Assembly (NCBI GenBank): GCA_937870855.1
Contig: CALMWT010000012.1
Location: forward strand, 13,170 to 77,169
DNA length: 64,000 nt
Direction of reading: 5' to 3'
From: an uncultured Taibaiella sp.
GTDB lineage: Bacteria; Bacteroidota; Bacteroidia; Chitinophagales; Chitinophagaceae
Each line of letters starts with the position of its first letter. Position 1 is the first letter of the stretch. Positions 29,041 through 39,156 of this stretch are shown here, in pieces. A model generated the notes under the pieces. That model was not told where the DNA came from. It ran no database searches and worked only from the letters and a program-made list of their open reading frames with translations. The position numbers and the translations under genes are program-made.

Positions 29041-30897
29041 ATGTGCGGCATTAGCATCCTTATCGTTAAGCAAGCAGTTGACCTACAGGCTCCACTCCGG
29101 CAAATGAATGAAAAAATCATTCATCGTGGCCCAGATGATGGGGGTTTCTTCTTTGGAAAAGATTTTGCATTTGGACATCGCCGACTTTCTATACTCGACC
29201 TGAGCGAAGCCGGACATCAGCCTATGCAGTACAGGAATAATTGGATCACTTACAATGGGGAAGTTTACAACTATCTGGAGCTTAAAGAAGAGCTTAGGTC
29301 TTATGGATATGCTTTTCATACAGCTACGGATACAGAAGTAATACTTGCAGCTTACGACTGCTGGGGAGTTGGGTCATTTGCACGATTTAATGGAATGTGG
29401 GCCTTCTCACTTTACGATGCCTCCCAAAATAAGCTGATCTTTTGCCGCGATCATTTTGGGATAAAACCGCTCTACTACTATGATAGTCCAATTTTATTCG
29501 CAGCAGCTTCAGAAATCAAGCAATTCACCGACTTGCCAGGCTTCACTCCCTATTTAAACAAAGGAATTGCAGCTCAGTTTCTGATGAATGGACTGCTCAA
29601 CTATACGAACCAAACGTTTTTTGACAACGTACTGGAGCTTAGACCCGGACATTACTTATCCTACGACCTCAATACACGATCATTCACAGTGACAAGATGG
29701 TACGACCTCAATGCTTCTTGCGTACCTATCAAGGACAATTTCGAAGTGGCTACCCAAACTGTGCGGACGCTATTGCACGATAGCATACGTCTGCGTATGC
29801 GTTCAGACGTTGCAGTAGGAAGTTGTCTATCCGGCGGCATTGATAGTTCTGCCATAGTAGTCAGTGTTCATAAAAATGGGCTGGCTAATAAAGATTTTGC
29901 CACCGTCACTTCATGTTATGAGAACAAGAGATTTGACGAGCAGCAATTTAGCGACCTCGTCTCTCAGGCAACAGGCTTTACATCTCATAAGGTGTACCCA
30001 AATCTTGATAATCTTTTCGACAAGGGTCATTTTGATAAGATGATCTATCATCAGGATCAGCCTTTTAGTGGCGCATCACATTATTCCGAATTCAACGTTT
30101 TTAAAACGGCTAGTGAAAACGGCATTACTGTAATGCTTGACGGTCAGGGTTCAGACGAATATCTATGTGGTTATGGAGAGTTCTACATCACCTATCTTAG
30201 GTCACTTTTGCGAAATGGTCGTATTAGTGCTATGGCACGGCTCATGAACGAAAAGGCCGTTCATCGTCAGGTAACATTCTCGAAGGAAGCAAAATCTGTT
30301 TTCATGTCTTCGTTCGGCTATCCGGCAATCAAATGGTATAAGAGGAAATTTAGAGGTATAGAGGTGCCTTGGTTAGCTAAAGGTTGGCAGCATTTGGCGG
30401 AGGGAAGCATCTGTCCAAATACCGACCATGATATTCGCAGCTTGAGCCTACAGGAAATTATAGCAACCAGCATTCCTTTTCAGTTACACTCAGAAGATAG
30501 AAATTCAATGATGTTCTCTATCGAATCGCGGCTACCATTTCTTGATCATCGTTTAGTGGAGTATGTTATGGGTCTTCCTGACGAGTACAAAATTTCGGGT
30601 GGTTATACCAAGCATGTGTTGCGCAAGGCTATAGCTGAGCTTCCAGACCCGATTAAATTCCGTAAGGACAAAATGGGTTTCGTTGCCCCTGATGGACCTT
30701 GGATGTTGGCAAATCATGAACTGGTCAGAAAAGAACTGGAGTCCGTAACTACGGATTATGATATTTTCACACCAGTGCTGTTAGAGAGGTTTGATCGTTT
30801 TTTGCGAGGCAAAATGGACTACGAGCCTATTTACTTCAGGGCGCTGGCTTTTGCAAGATTCTGCAAAATATTCAACATGAACATCAGCGCATCCTAA
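29041..30897 (+). CDS. AsnB-type glutamine-dependent amidotransferase (asparagine synthase family), copy 2
   Basis: I prefer the ATG at 29041, which gives MCGISILI (Cys2 nucleophile). HRRLSILDLSEAGHQPM, TDTEVI, PP-loop SGGIDSS. Confidence 0.9.
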   Translation: MCGISILIVKQAVDLQAPLRQMNEKIIHRGPDDGGFFFGKDFAFGHRRLSILDLSEAGHQPMQYRNNWITYNGEVYNYLELKEELRSYGYAFHTATDTEVILAAYDCWGVGSFARFNGMWAFSLYDASQNKLIFCRDHFGIKPLYYYDSPILFAAASEIKQFTDLPGFTPYLNKGIAAQFLMNGLLNYTNQTFFDNVLELRPGHYLSYDLNTRSFTVTRWYDLNASCVPIKDNFEVATQTVRTLLHDSIRLRMRSDVAVGSCLSGGIDSSAIVVSVHKNGLANKDFATVTSCYENKRFDEQQFSDLVSQATGFTSHKVYPNLDNLFDKGHFDKMIYHQDQPFSGASHYSEFNVFKTASENGITVMLDGQGSDEYLCGYGEFYITYLRSLLRNGRISAMARLMNEKAVHRQVTFSKEAKSVFMSSFGYPAIKWYKRKFRGIEVPWLAKGWQHLAEGSICPNTDHDIRSLSLQEIIATSIPFQLHSEDRNSMMFSIESRLPFLDHRLVEYVMGLPDEYKISGGYTKHVLRKAIAELPDPIKFRKDKMGFVAPDGPWMLANHELVRKELESVTTDYDIFTPVLLERFDRFLRGKMDYEPIYFRALAFARFCKIFNMNISAS

Positions 30898-30914
30898 GCC
30901 TTCGGGCTATTACT

Positions 30915-31532
30915 ATGATTACAATCGCAGACTACGGTACGGGCAATCTGGCATCCATCCAGAACATGCTGAAACGAATCAATGTTGATTCCATTACCTC
31001 ATCTGATTTTGATATTATCAGTAAAGCAGAGCGGCTAATTCTTCCCGGTGTAGGTGCTTTTGACACCTGTGCTGGCCGGCTTCGGGAGACAGGAATATTG
31101 CCTTTGTTGGAACAGAAAGTCCTTCATGAAAAAGTTCCGGTTCTGGGCATATGTGTAGGTATGCAATTAATGCTTTCAGGTAGCGAAGAAGGGTTAGCGA
31201 CCGGACTGAATTGGATACCTGGCAAAGTGCAAAAGTTTGATGCAACGCGATTGCCAGCTTCTTTCAAAATTCCCCACATGGGATGGACAGAAGTAAAGGA
31301 GAAAAAGCAAACATCCTTGCTGGCAGATATGCATGATACGCCCCGGTTCTATTTTGTTCACTCTTACCATGCCGTGCCGGAAAACACAGAACATACCCTG
31401 ATGGCTGCCGATTACGGCTACGAGTTTGCAGCTGCAATACAGAAGGATAATATTGTAGGCGTACAATTCCACCCTGAAAAAAGCCATCGCTTTGGGATGA
31501 AGTTGTTAGAGAATTTTGTGAAAAACTTCTAA
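30915..31532 (+). CDS. hisH: imidazole glycerol phosphate synthase HisH-like glutaminase subunit (WbuY type)
   Basis: ILPGVGAF, GICVGMQL (catalytic Cys), HSY, FHPEKS. It sits in a polysaccharide locus next to the hisF-like and WbuX-like genes. Confidence 0.9.
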   Translation: MITIADYGTGNLASIQNMLKRINVDSITSSDFDIISKAERLILPGVGAFDTCAGRLRETGILPLLEQKVLHEKVPVLGICVGMQLMLSGSEEGLATGLNWIPGKVQKFDATRLPASFKIPHMGWTEVKEKKQTSLLADMHDTPRFYFVHSYHAVPENTEHTLMAADYGYEFAAAIQKDNIVGVQFHPEKSHRFGMKLLENFVKNF

Positions 31533-32302
31533 TGAAACGTGTAAGGGTTATACCTGTGCTGTTGCTTAAAAAAGGTGGGTTGGTCAAGACCGAGCGTTTC
31601 AAAGCCGCTAAGTATGTGGGTGATCCAATCAACGCCGTCAAGATATTCAATGAAAAAGAAGTGGATGAGATTGTGCTGTTAGATATTTCTGCAACGTCTG
31701 AAAGACGGGGACCTGATTTTGAAACAGTAAAGAAAATTGTCAGTGAGGCATTCATGCCTTTGGCGTACGGGGGCGGGATCACAACTATTCAACAAGTTAG
31801 CGAACTGATACAATCAGGCGTAGAGAAAATAATATTGGGTACAAGTGGATATACCAATACTAAGCTTATTTCTGAGGCGGCAAAACAAGTGGGCAGCCAA
31901 AGCGTGGTGGTGTGCCTTGATGTAAAAAAAAATTGGCGGGGGAAAAGTCGTGTGTATGTTCAAAACGGAACCCAAAATACCGACCTCGACCCCGCAACCT
32001 ATGCTAAACGCGCTGAAGATGCTGGAGCCGGTGAACTGTTTTTGCAGGCAATAGAAAAAGACGGCAGCTTTAAAGGCTATGATCTTGATCTGATTTCCGA
32101 TGTTAGCAATGCGGTAAACATTCCGGTTGTTGCGTTGGGTGGCGCATCCGAAATTGATGACTTTACTCAGGCTATACAAAAAGGAGCTTCAGCTGTTGCC
32201 GCAGGCAGTTTCTTTGTATTTCAACGCCCCCATAAAGCTGTGCTGATCAGCTATCCTACACAAAAGGAGTTAAAAGAAAAATTATTTACACGAATAGCAT
32301 AA
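31532..32302 (+). CDS. hisF: imidazole glycerol phosphate synthase HisF-like cyclase subunit (WbuZ type)
   Basis: RVIPVLLLKKGGLVKT..F...YVGDPINAVKIFNEKEVDEIVLLDI...GGGI...GGAS. The start overlaps the hisH stop (TAATG). Confidence 0.9.
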   Translation: MKRVRVIPVLLLKKGGLVKTERFKAAKYVGDPINAVKIFNEKEVDEIVLLDISATSERRGPDFETVKKIVSEAFMPLAYGGGITTIQQVSELIQSGVEKIILGTSGYTNTKLISEAAKQVGSQSVVVCLDVKKNWRGKSRVYVQNGTQNTDLDPATYAKRAEDAGAGELFLQAIEKDGSFKGYDLDLISDVSNAVNIPVVALGGASEIDDFTQAIQKGASAVAAGSFFVFQRPHKAVLISYPTQKELKEKLFTRIA

Positions 32303-33444
32303 TGGTATTGAGTGCAGAAGATAAGGGCTACAGGCAATGTATTTTGACTGTTATGGACAACATTGCCGACCCTGATATACGATTCGACGAAAAAGGCGTG
32401 AGTAGTTATGTTCATGATTTCTATACGCATTATGAAAAGAATATTCCGCCGAATGCCTCAGAACTTTTACCACAAATAATTGAGAAGATAAAAAAAGATG
32501 GCAAAGGGAAACCCTACGATTGTTTAACAGGTATAAGCGGTGGCGTAGACAGTTCCTACTTAATTTACAAAGCCAAAGAGTGGGGGCTGCGACCATTAAT
32601 TGTCCACTTCGACAATGGTTGGAATTCAGAAATTGCTGTCAGAAATATCAATAACATAATAAGCAAAACAGGGTTTGAATTGTTCACATTGGTCGTGAAC
32701 TGGGAAGAATTTAAAGATATTCAATTGAGTTATATAAAGGCCGGAGTGGTAGACCTTGAGGTGCCAACGGATCATGCTATTTATGCCACATGGTTTAAGC
32801 TATCGAAGAAATTTAAGATCAATTATGTACTCAATGGCAACAATTATATCACCGAGTCTATTATGCCTAATAGTTGGATTTATAACAAGGCAGACTCAGT
32901 GAACCTCATGAACATTCATAAACAGTTTGGTACAAAAGAATTGAAAACCTATCCCTTATATAAACCTATGCAGCAGTTACTTTATAAAAACATTCTAAAC
33001 ATAGAAGTCATAAAGCCGCTTAATCTTATTGATTATAACAAAGCTACAGCCAAAATGACTTTAATAAATGAGTTTGGGTGGGCGGATTACGGTGGTAAGC
33101 ATTACGAGTCATTATACACAAAATTCTATCAGGCTTATATCCTTCCTGAAAAATTTAAGATCGATAAAAGGAAAGCACATCTGTCTAACCTTATTCTGGC
33201 CAAACAAATCACGAAAGGAGATGCTTTAAAGGAACTCGAAACGCAATTATATGCTCCTCTTGAACTTGCCGCGGATAAGAAGTATTTCTTAAAGAAACTT
33301 GGTATTACAGGTGATTTTTGGGATGATTATCTAAAAAAAAGCAGAGTTGAACACCTTGTGTATGGCAGACAGGAATTTCTGAGTGAAATGTATCCTATTA
33401 TTAAACTTCTTCGGCCTATTTACAAATTTTTCAAAAGAAAATGA
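32302..33444 (+). CDS. N-acetyl sugar amidotransferase (WbuX/WbpG/PseA-like PP-loop enzyme)
   Basis: CILTVMDNIADPDIRFDEKGVSSY N-terminus, PP-loop SGGVDSS, and coupling to hisH/hisF paralogs. Confidence 0.8.
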   Translation: MVLSAEDKGYRQCILTVMDNIADPDIRFDEKGVSSYVHDFYTHYEKNIPPNASELLPQIIEKIKKDGKGKPYDCLTGISGGVDSSYLIYKAKEWGLRPLIVHFDNGWNSEIAVRNINNIISKTGFELFTLVVNWEEFKDIQLSYIKAGVVDLEVPTDHAIYATWFKLSKKFKINYVLNGNNYITESIMPNSWIYNKADSVNLMNIHKQFGTKELKTYPLYKPMQQLLYKNILNIEVIKPLNLIDYNKATAKMTLINEFGWADYGGKHYESLYTKFYQAYILPEKFKIDKRKAHLSNLILAKQITKGDALKELETQLYAPLELAADKKYFLKKLGITGDFWDDYLKKSRVEHLVYGRQEFLSEMYPIIKLLRPIYKFFKRK

Positions 33445-34643
33445 TTCTTAGAGGAAAAGGGTTAAGAAGCCGCTTCAATAAAATGTGGATCATTTTGGTG
33501 AAGTCCCTATTCCCGCCCGGATTATTTTACAATACTCCTTCTCGATATGTAAACATCAGGAAGCTACTTATTGAGAAAGATAAAACTGAAAGTATTGTTG
33601 ATGTGTTTGCGGCTACAGAACAAACTGAACTTTTGCCTGAAATATATAACTACAGAGTAACCGAGCGGTTTGGAAAATATGCTAATAGAACGATCCCGAC
33701 TGCCTATGTAGTGCGTATAAAAAACGGAAAAGTTTACGGAAGTGAAACCAATATTGTCCTTACGTCAACCAATTTACTTGCTGAAGATTTATCCCGTGAA
33801 TTTGGTGCCTATGGAGGTAGAAAAACAAAAGATATTTCGGTATTACGACAAAAACGGTGGCTTCCAGAAGCAGAAAAGGTAAATGGGAGAGTCGCTGTAG
33901 TTACAACCACAGGTTGTACAAATTTTCATCATTGGAATTATGATTGCCTCCCTCGATTATTTCTCATTAAACAAGCAGGCCTATTTGCAGAGGTTGATTA
34001 TTTTTTGATTTCTCATCAAGACTTACCCTTTCAAAAAGAGTCTCTGCAATTGATGGGTATCCCGAAGAGTAAGATCATAAATAATTATGGTAAAAGACAA
34101 CTTTTGCAGGCTGATGAACTGATTGTTCCTTCGCTCCCTTCAATTCTTGGCACAGTATCTCCCTGGGTAGTGTATTTCCTTCGCGATTTATACAATCCCA
34201 AAAATGGGGTTTCGTTTGTATATGAGAGGATTTTTATTTCAAGAAAGAATGTAACAACCCGTCATATTAGAAATAACCAATATTTCCTTGAAACGCTCAA
34301 AACCTTTGGCATAGCGGAGATTTACCCTGAAGATTATTCAGTTAACGAACTTTCAAAAGTCATTGCCGGAGCTAAATTTATCATTTCTATTCACGGTAGC
34401 GGACTTGCAAATTTATGCTTCATCAGACCCGGAACGATAGTAGTAGACATACTTGCACCTTATCATCAGGACGCTTATTATTGGCTTATCACGAATATTT
34501 GTGGAGGAAGATATATTGGTTTTTTTGGCGAGGGTTCGCATCCTAATGATGACCTTGACCTTGTAAAACACAAGATTGACGAAAACATAGTCGTTGACAC
34601 AAGGATGCTGCAACAACTATTAAATCGCGAATTAAGCAGGTGA
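33441..34643 (+). CDS. GT61/DUF563-type glycosyltransferase
   Basis: NFHHWNYDCLPRL and ISIHGSGLANLCFIRPGTIVVDI are motifs I associate with DUF563. Confidence 0.6.
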   Translation: MILRGKGLRSRFNKMWIILVKSLFPPGLFYNTPSRYVNIRKLLIEKDKTESIVDVFAATEQTELLPEIYNYRVTERFGKYANRTIPTAYVVRIKNGKVYGSETNIVLTSTNLLAEDLSREFGAYGGRKTKDISVLRQKRWLPEAEKVNGRVAVVTTTGCTNFHHWNYDCLPRLFLIKQAGLFAEVDYFLISHQDLPFQKESLQLMGIPKSKIINNYGKRQLLQADELIVPSLPSILGTVSPWVVYFLRDLYNPKNGVSFVYERIFISRKNVTTRHIRNNQYFLETLKTFGIAEIYPEDYSVNELSKVIAGAKFIISIHGSGLANLCFIRPGTIVVDILAPYHQDAYYWLITNICGGRYIGFFGEGSHPNDDLDLVKHKIDENIVVDTRMLQQLLNRELSR

Positions 34644-34790
34644 AACTCTTAGAAATCAAAGACTGTCGATGAAAATAAAGTTTTGACAATACTCGAGAAT
34701 AATGGGTTTAAGATATCCCAGTCAGGAGAGATATTTTTCGGGATGAAATTGCCCAACGTCTGCTAATTATTAAACACCACATTTACCTTA

Positions 34791-35840
34791 ATGACCATAC
34801 AATTTGCAATCGTGGGCTGCGGTCGTATCGCCCAGCGCCATGCAGAACATATTAGTAAGCGTGGGCAACTTGTTGCCATCTGCGATGTTGTCGAAGAGAA
34901 AGCAGATATACTTGCTGCTCAATATGGGGCGCGGGCTTACTATAATCTTGACGATTTGCTGCGACAGGAGAATGATGAACTGGATGTAGTGGCAATATGC
35001 ACCCCAAACGGATTGCATGCTTCTCATGCCATAAGTGCGCTTAATGCAGGAAAACATGTGTTATGCGAAAAACCAATGGGGCTTAATGTGCATGAATGCG
35101 GGGAGATGATAAAGACTGCTGAGCGCATGAATAAACGTCTTTTTGCGATCAAGCAAAACCGTTTCAATCCGCCAGTGCAAGCCGTAAAAAAACTAATAGA
35201 TGAAGGAAGACTTGGTAAAATTTATAGCCTACAGCTCAGTTGCTTTTGGAACAGAAACCGCGACTATTATGAGAACAGTTGGAAGGGGACATTGGCGCTC
35301 GACGGGGGTACGCTTTTTACACAATTCAGCCATTTTATAGACTTGCTGTATTGGATGGCTGGTGATGTAAAATCGGTGCAATCCATAATGGCTAACTACG
35401 CACATCAAGACATCATTGAATTTGAAGATACTGGTGTCGTGATTATGGAGTTTAGAAACGGCGCGATTGCTACGATTAATTACACGGTAAATAGCTACCA
35501 AAAAAACATGGAAGGCTCTCTGACTATTTTTGGCGAGAAAGGTACCGTGAAAATAGGTGGGCAGTACCTGAATGAACTGGAATATCAGAATATTGAAGGG
35601 TATAAAATCGAAAATCTTCCTGAGGGCAATAAGGCGAATAACTATGGAAATTATCAAGGCTCTATGAGCAATCACGATAAGGTGTATGATAACCTGATCG
35701 AAGTGCTTTCTAAAAACGCTTCAATTTCCACGAGCGCCTTTGAAGGGTTGAAAACCGTGGAGTTAATTGAGAAAATCTACGATTCCGCCAGACATGTCGG
35801 TTTAAAGAAGGAAGGGGAAAAGCGGGTGAAAATATCCTAA
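34791..35840 (+). CDS. Gfo/Idh/MocA-family NAD-dependent sugar oxidoreductase (WbpB-like)
   Basis: Rossmann N-terminus FAIVGCGRIAQRHAEHI and EKP motif HVLCEKPMGL. Confidence 0.85.
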   Translation: MTIQFAIVGCGRIAQRHAEHISKRGQLVAICDVVEEKADILAAQYGARAYYNLDDLLRQENDELDVVAICTPNGLHASHAISALNAGKHVLCEKPMGLNVHECGEMIKTAERMNKRLFAIKQNRFNPPVQAVKKLIDEGRLGKIYSLQLSCFWNRNRDYYENSWKGTLALDGGTLFTQFSHFIDLLYWMAGDVKSVQSIMANYAHQDIIEFEDTGVVIMEFRNGAIATINYTVNSYQKNMEGSLTIFGEKGTVKIGGQYLNELEYQNIEGYKIENLPEGNKANNYGNYQGSMSNHDKVYDNLIEVLSKNASISTSAFEGLKTVELIEKIYDSARHVGLKKEGEKRVKIS

Positions 35841-35846
35841 CAGGCC

Positions 35847-36989
35847 TTGAAAACTATCGTTATACTTTCTACGGAGGCCTGGGGTAAGATGATGCTCTCG
35901 AAGATGCATTATGCCGTAGAGATGGCGCGTGCAGGCGACAGAGTTTTTTTTGTAGAGCCTCCCACAGCTGAAAAAATTAAGACTTCTGTACACGTGTTGG
36001 AAGGGTCGGAAGGTGTGACAGTAATTCGGTTTCGGCAAGTACCCGCACGACGATTGCTTAGAAACAAGGCATTTTGGTTATATCAGATTCTGATTAAGAG
36101 ATATGTTAAGACCATTCTTCGTATTACAGGTAGTATAGACGACCTTTGGTGTTTTGATCCTAACAATTATTGCGATCTGAGCAGCTTTCGCGCCAAACAC
36201 AATCTTTTATTGCTGTATGATTTCTATAAAGGCAAAGCTGTCAACAAAGCGATATGTAGTGCTGATTTGCTTGTTTCCGTTTCGCGTCTTATTATAGATA
36301 ACTATAAGCATTCCGGGATCCCTCAACTTTTTATCCAACATGGGCTGAGTCAGCATTTTGAGGAAAGATCGAAAGCGAGATTGGAGGCCTGGGATTTCAA
36401 TCATAATTCGCCCAAAATCAAGGTAGGCTATGTAGGCAATTTGCTTCGGGAAGGACTTTGTATTGAAGTAATGAAACAGATTATTACAGGTCATCAGGAT
36501 AAAGAGTTTCATTTTTGGGGCGTTTATGAACTTACAGGAAATAATTTGGTGTCGGAACAATATAATCCTCCTCAGGAGTCACTGAGGTTTGTTCAATTTT
36601 TGTCAACACAGCAACATGTAAGGTTGCATGGCGCTGTGGACCAGGAAAGTTTAGCTTCCGGAATGTTTACCATGGATGTTTTTCTGTTTTTGTATTCCTA
36701 CGAAAAAGATCTGAATAAAGCCTCGAATGCTCATAAGCTTATGGAATACTTGAGTACAGGTAAAGTGGTTGTTTCAACGTTTGTATCGAATTATCAGGAT
36801 ACCGATCTTTTGTACATGACTCCTTCTGGAAAAGAACAACAGTTATCTGAGATGTTTTCAGAAGTAATGGTTCGCCTTGATGAGTATAATAGACCTGATT
36901 GCCAGGCGGAACGAATCAGGTTTGCACTAGATAATACCTATAGCAATCAGGTAGTGAAGATACGCGCAACACTACGAAATGAACTTTGA
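35847..36989 (+). CDS. GT-B fold glycosyltransferase (group 1 / TuaH-like)
   Basis: 380 aa with TTG start (alternative ATG at 35889). IVILSTEAWGKMMLSKMHYAVEMARAGDRVFFVEPP and C-terminal AHKLMEYLSTGKVVVST. Confidence 0.55.
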   Translation: MKTIVILSTEAWGKMMLSKMHYAVEMARAGDRVFFVEPPTAEKIKTSVHVLEGSEGVTVIRFRQVPARRLLRNKAFWLYQILIKRYVKTILRITGSIDDLWCFDPNNYCDLSSFRAKHNLLLLYDFYKGKAVNKAICSADLLVSVSRLIIDNYKHSGIPQLFIQHGLSQHFEERSKARLEAWDFNHNSPKIKVGYVGNLLREGLCIEVMKQIITGHQDKEFHFWGVYELTGNNLVSEQYNPPQESLRFVQFLSTQQHVRLHGAVDQESLASGMFTMDVFLFLYSYEKDLNKASNAHKLMEYLSTGKVVVSTFVSNYQDTDLLYMTPSGKEQQLSEMFSEVMVRLDEYNRPDCQAERIRFALDNTYSNQVVKIRATLRNEL

Positions 36990-37018
36990 AAAGCTATCGC
37001 CCCTATAAAGCCGTAATT

Positions 37019-39022
37019 ATGAAAGATATATCATCATATCGCTTTCCCGAGCTAAACTTGCCTGCAATAGTCTTTTGGCTTTCCTTATCAATTTTATTTC
37101 CTGTACTTGGCGGTAATATACTTTTTGGGCAGGTACTGAAAACAATAGCTTTCTTTTTTGCTGCTTTGGGTATCGGACTTCTTATTCTCTCTCCGGCAAA
37201 AATGATCAGAGACTTACCACCCGTTCTTTTAAATGGATTAAGTTGGTTGATTGGGGGAAGTATAATTTTCCTATTGTTAGGCTTATTGAAGTCCAGTATT
37301 GTAGTTTATATCATTGCTGCGCTTACTCTTACCTTCTTCCTTGTTTCTTACAGGTGGAATATTAGGTTCGACAAGTTTGGATTTGCCGCCGTACTCCCAT
37401 GTTTATTGTTCTTGTTCCACAAACAGGAGCTTCGTTTAGCCTTGTCTGAATCATTCATAGATATGGGAGGCGATTATTTTTATTTTGAAGCAATTGTAGT
37501 TTCTCTCAGTAAGACTTTAACGATATTCGATACCATATTTCACACAGGAGCAGCATTGAATTATTCAAGCCTGCCATTTTTTGCGCCTGCAGCTCTTTCC
37601 AACTTCACAGGTGTAAACGGACATATCGCTTACAGCGGCATGTATGTGCCAATGTTAAAGATTTTATCATTTGCAATTATGGCTGCTACGGCTGTTAAGA
37701 TAGCAGCCTATATTCGTCCTGATATCAACCCCTCATGGCGCATGTTTCTTGCCGCATCTATATGTTTAATTCTATTAGCCCCTTTGCATCCATTATACCT
37801 AGCACGGTTAGACATAAAGAACTTTATTTTTCGTGGAGAAGGGTATCTCCTACCGATGGGTAACATGGGTTTTCCCTTTGCCTTTGTGCTTTTTGCCGTA
37901 GCCTGCTATTATTTCTTCGATACCCGGAAAAAGACTGTAGCCGATTTTTTACTTTATGTTCTTTTGGTGGCATTTATCGCGGCGGCAAAGCCTGCATTTT
38001 TCCTTCCGGCAGTGGCTTTCTTGGGACTTTTATCTATATATCGCATTATAGCGGACCGAAGTTTCTACCCTTTAGTCGTTACAATATTAGGTTTTGTAGG
38101 AGGTATGGCTATCGCTAAGATTTTTACGGGTAATGATGGTGGGATGATTAATATGAAATTTACTTGGAATAATGGATATTTTCTTCATTACTTAACAAAG
38201 AATGCTTCTGAATTTCATCTCCCTGCTTCCACACTTGGAGCGGTAAGCCTTTTTTTCATAATGATGATCATCTGGTTGGGACTTAAGGTTATTATTTTCG
38301 GCAGGGCTTGGCTTTACGAGCAAGAAACAAGACCTTACCTAATAATCTCCATGCTCACCATCGGAGCAGCAGCTTTGCCAGGATGGTTTCTGAATATTCA
38401 TCTTCTGGATGAAACGGGGAGGATGCTTCAAGATGCCTCTTTTGATACGGCACAATTCCTAAGAGGAGGATTGTTCCTATCTACTTTTATGGCAACAACC
38501 TGTCTGACAATAGAATTACACAAGTTCGCTGAAAAAAAATTGTTTGGAAGGATAGTTGTTGCGTGGTTTGTACTATCTGCAACATGCCTTGTTTTTATTC
38601 TTAATAATGCTACACCGACGGTTGCTACTGATTGGGAAGAGCAAATAGCGAAAGAGTTTAAACTCGCACAACCTAAGCAAATGGCTATGTTATCGAACAG
38701 CGAATTTAGAGGTCAAGTGTTAGTCGCCAACGGAATTGGACCTTGGTGGATATGTTGTGAAAGAACCAGTAATGGAACAGGTTTCCTAAATAGTTTAACT
38801 CCAAATTACCGGAACATCATGCTCAAAAAATTATTATCAGATAGTGCAACGCATGAGCAAAAGCAGCAGATTCTTTCTAAAATGACACAGGAAGGAGTTG
38901 ATGTTATTGTCGCTACTCCGGCTTATGTTAGTCAGTTGGAAAAGTTAGTTCAGGAGGGACTTCTTGAATATGATGAACGCTATAAGTGGTTGTATTATTT
39001 ATCCTCTCGAATACCGTATTAG
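37019..39022 (+). CDS. large polytopic membrane protein; candidate GT-C transferase or polymerase
   Basis: About 667 aa from the ATG at 37019 (the ORF track uses the TTG at 36986). At least 14 hydrophobic helices, then a ~140-aa soluble C-terminal domain. No family motif recognised. Confidence 0.4.
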   Translation: MKDISSYRFPELNLPAIVFWLSLSILFPVLGGNILFGQVLKTIAFFFAALGIGLLILSPAKMIRDLPPVLLNGLSWLIGGSIIFLLLGLLKSSIVVYIIAALTLTFFLVSYRWNIRFDKFGFAAVLPCLLFLFHKQELRLALSESFIDMGGDYFYFEAIVVSLSKTLTIFDTIFHTGAALNYSSLPFFAPAALSNFTGVNGHIAYSGMYVPMLKILSFAIMAATAVKIAAYIRPDINPSWRMFLAASICLILLAPLHPLYLARLDIKNFIFRGEGYLLPMGNMGFPFAFVLFAVACYYFFDTRKKTVADFLLYVLLVAFIAAAKPAFFLPAVAFLGLLSIYRIIADRSFYPLVVTILGFVGGMAIAKIFTGNDGGMINMKFTWNNGYFLHYLTKNASEFHLPASTLGAVSLFFIMMIIWLGLKVIIFGRAWLYEQETRPYLIISMLTIGAAALPGWFLNIHLLDETGRMLQDASFDTAQFLRGGLFLSTFMATTCLTIELHKFAEKKLFGRIVVAWFVLSATCLVFILNNATPTVATDWEEQIAKEFKLAQPKQMAMLSNSEFRGQVLVANGIGPWWICCERTSNGTGFLNSLTPNYRNIMLKKLLSDSATHEQKQQILSKMTQEGVDVIVATPAYVSQLEKLVQEGLLEYDERYKWLYYLSSRIPY

Positions 39023-39156
39023 ATTTAATTGCACCACAGTAATCATCTCTCTTAACGAGTCCTGTATGATATACTATAAAATAATAGCATATCCCTATGA
39101 TTTTTCCTAAGGATCTTCATCAATCCACAATAATGTTTTTGTAATTTTATTTGATA

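Noticed and set aside
31264-31782. 172-aa minus-strand ORF. Similar long antisense ORFs at 35229-35675, 10434-10787, 31814-32179, 51422-51754 and 52253-52588
   Set aside because: Each lies fully inside a well-supported plus-strand gene with clear family motifs. There is no independent support for them.
35944-35951. Homopolymer tracts (T8 at 35944-35951 near the 5' end of a GT gene; A8-A9/T8 runs near 6353, 15026, 16611, 21488, 31925, 52936, 59037, 62546) as phase-variation switches
   Set aside because: Runs of 8 A/T mostly encode FF or KK dipeptides in an AT-leaning genome and are expected by chance. Known slippage switches are usually longer or are G/C tracts. The only tract with visible consequences is the A6 run in the pseudogene, reported above.
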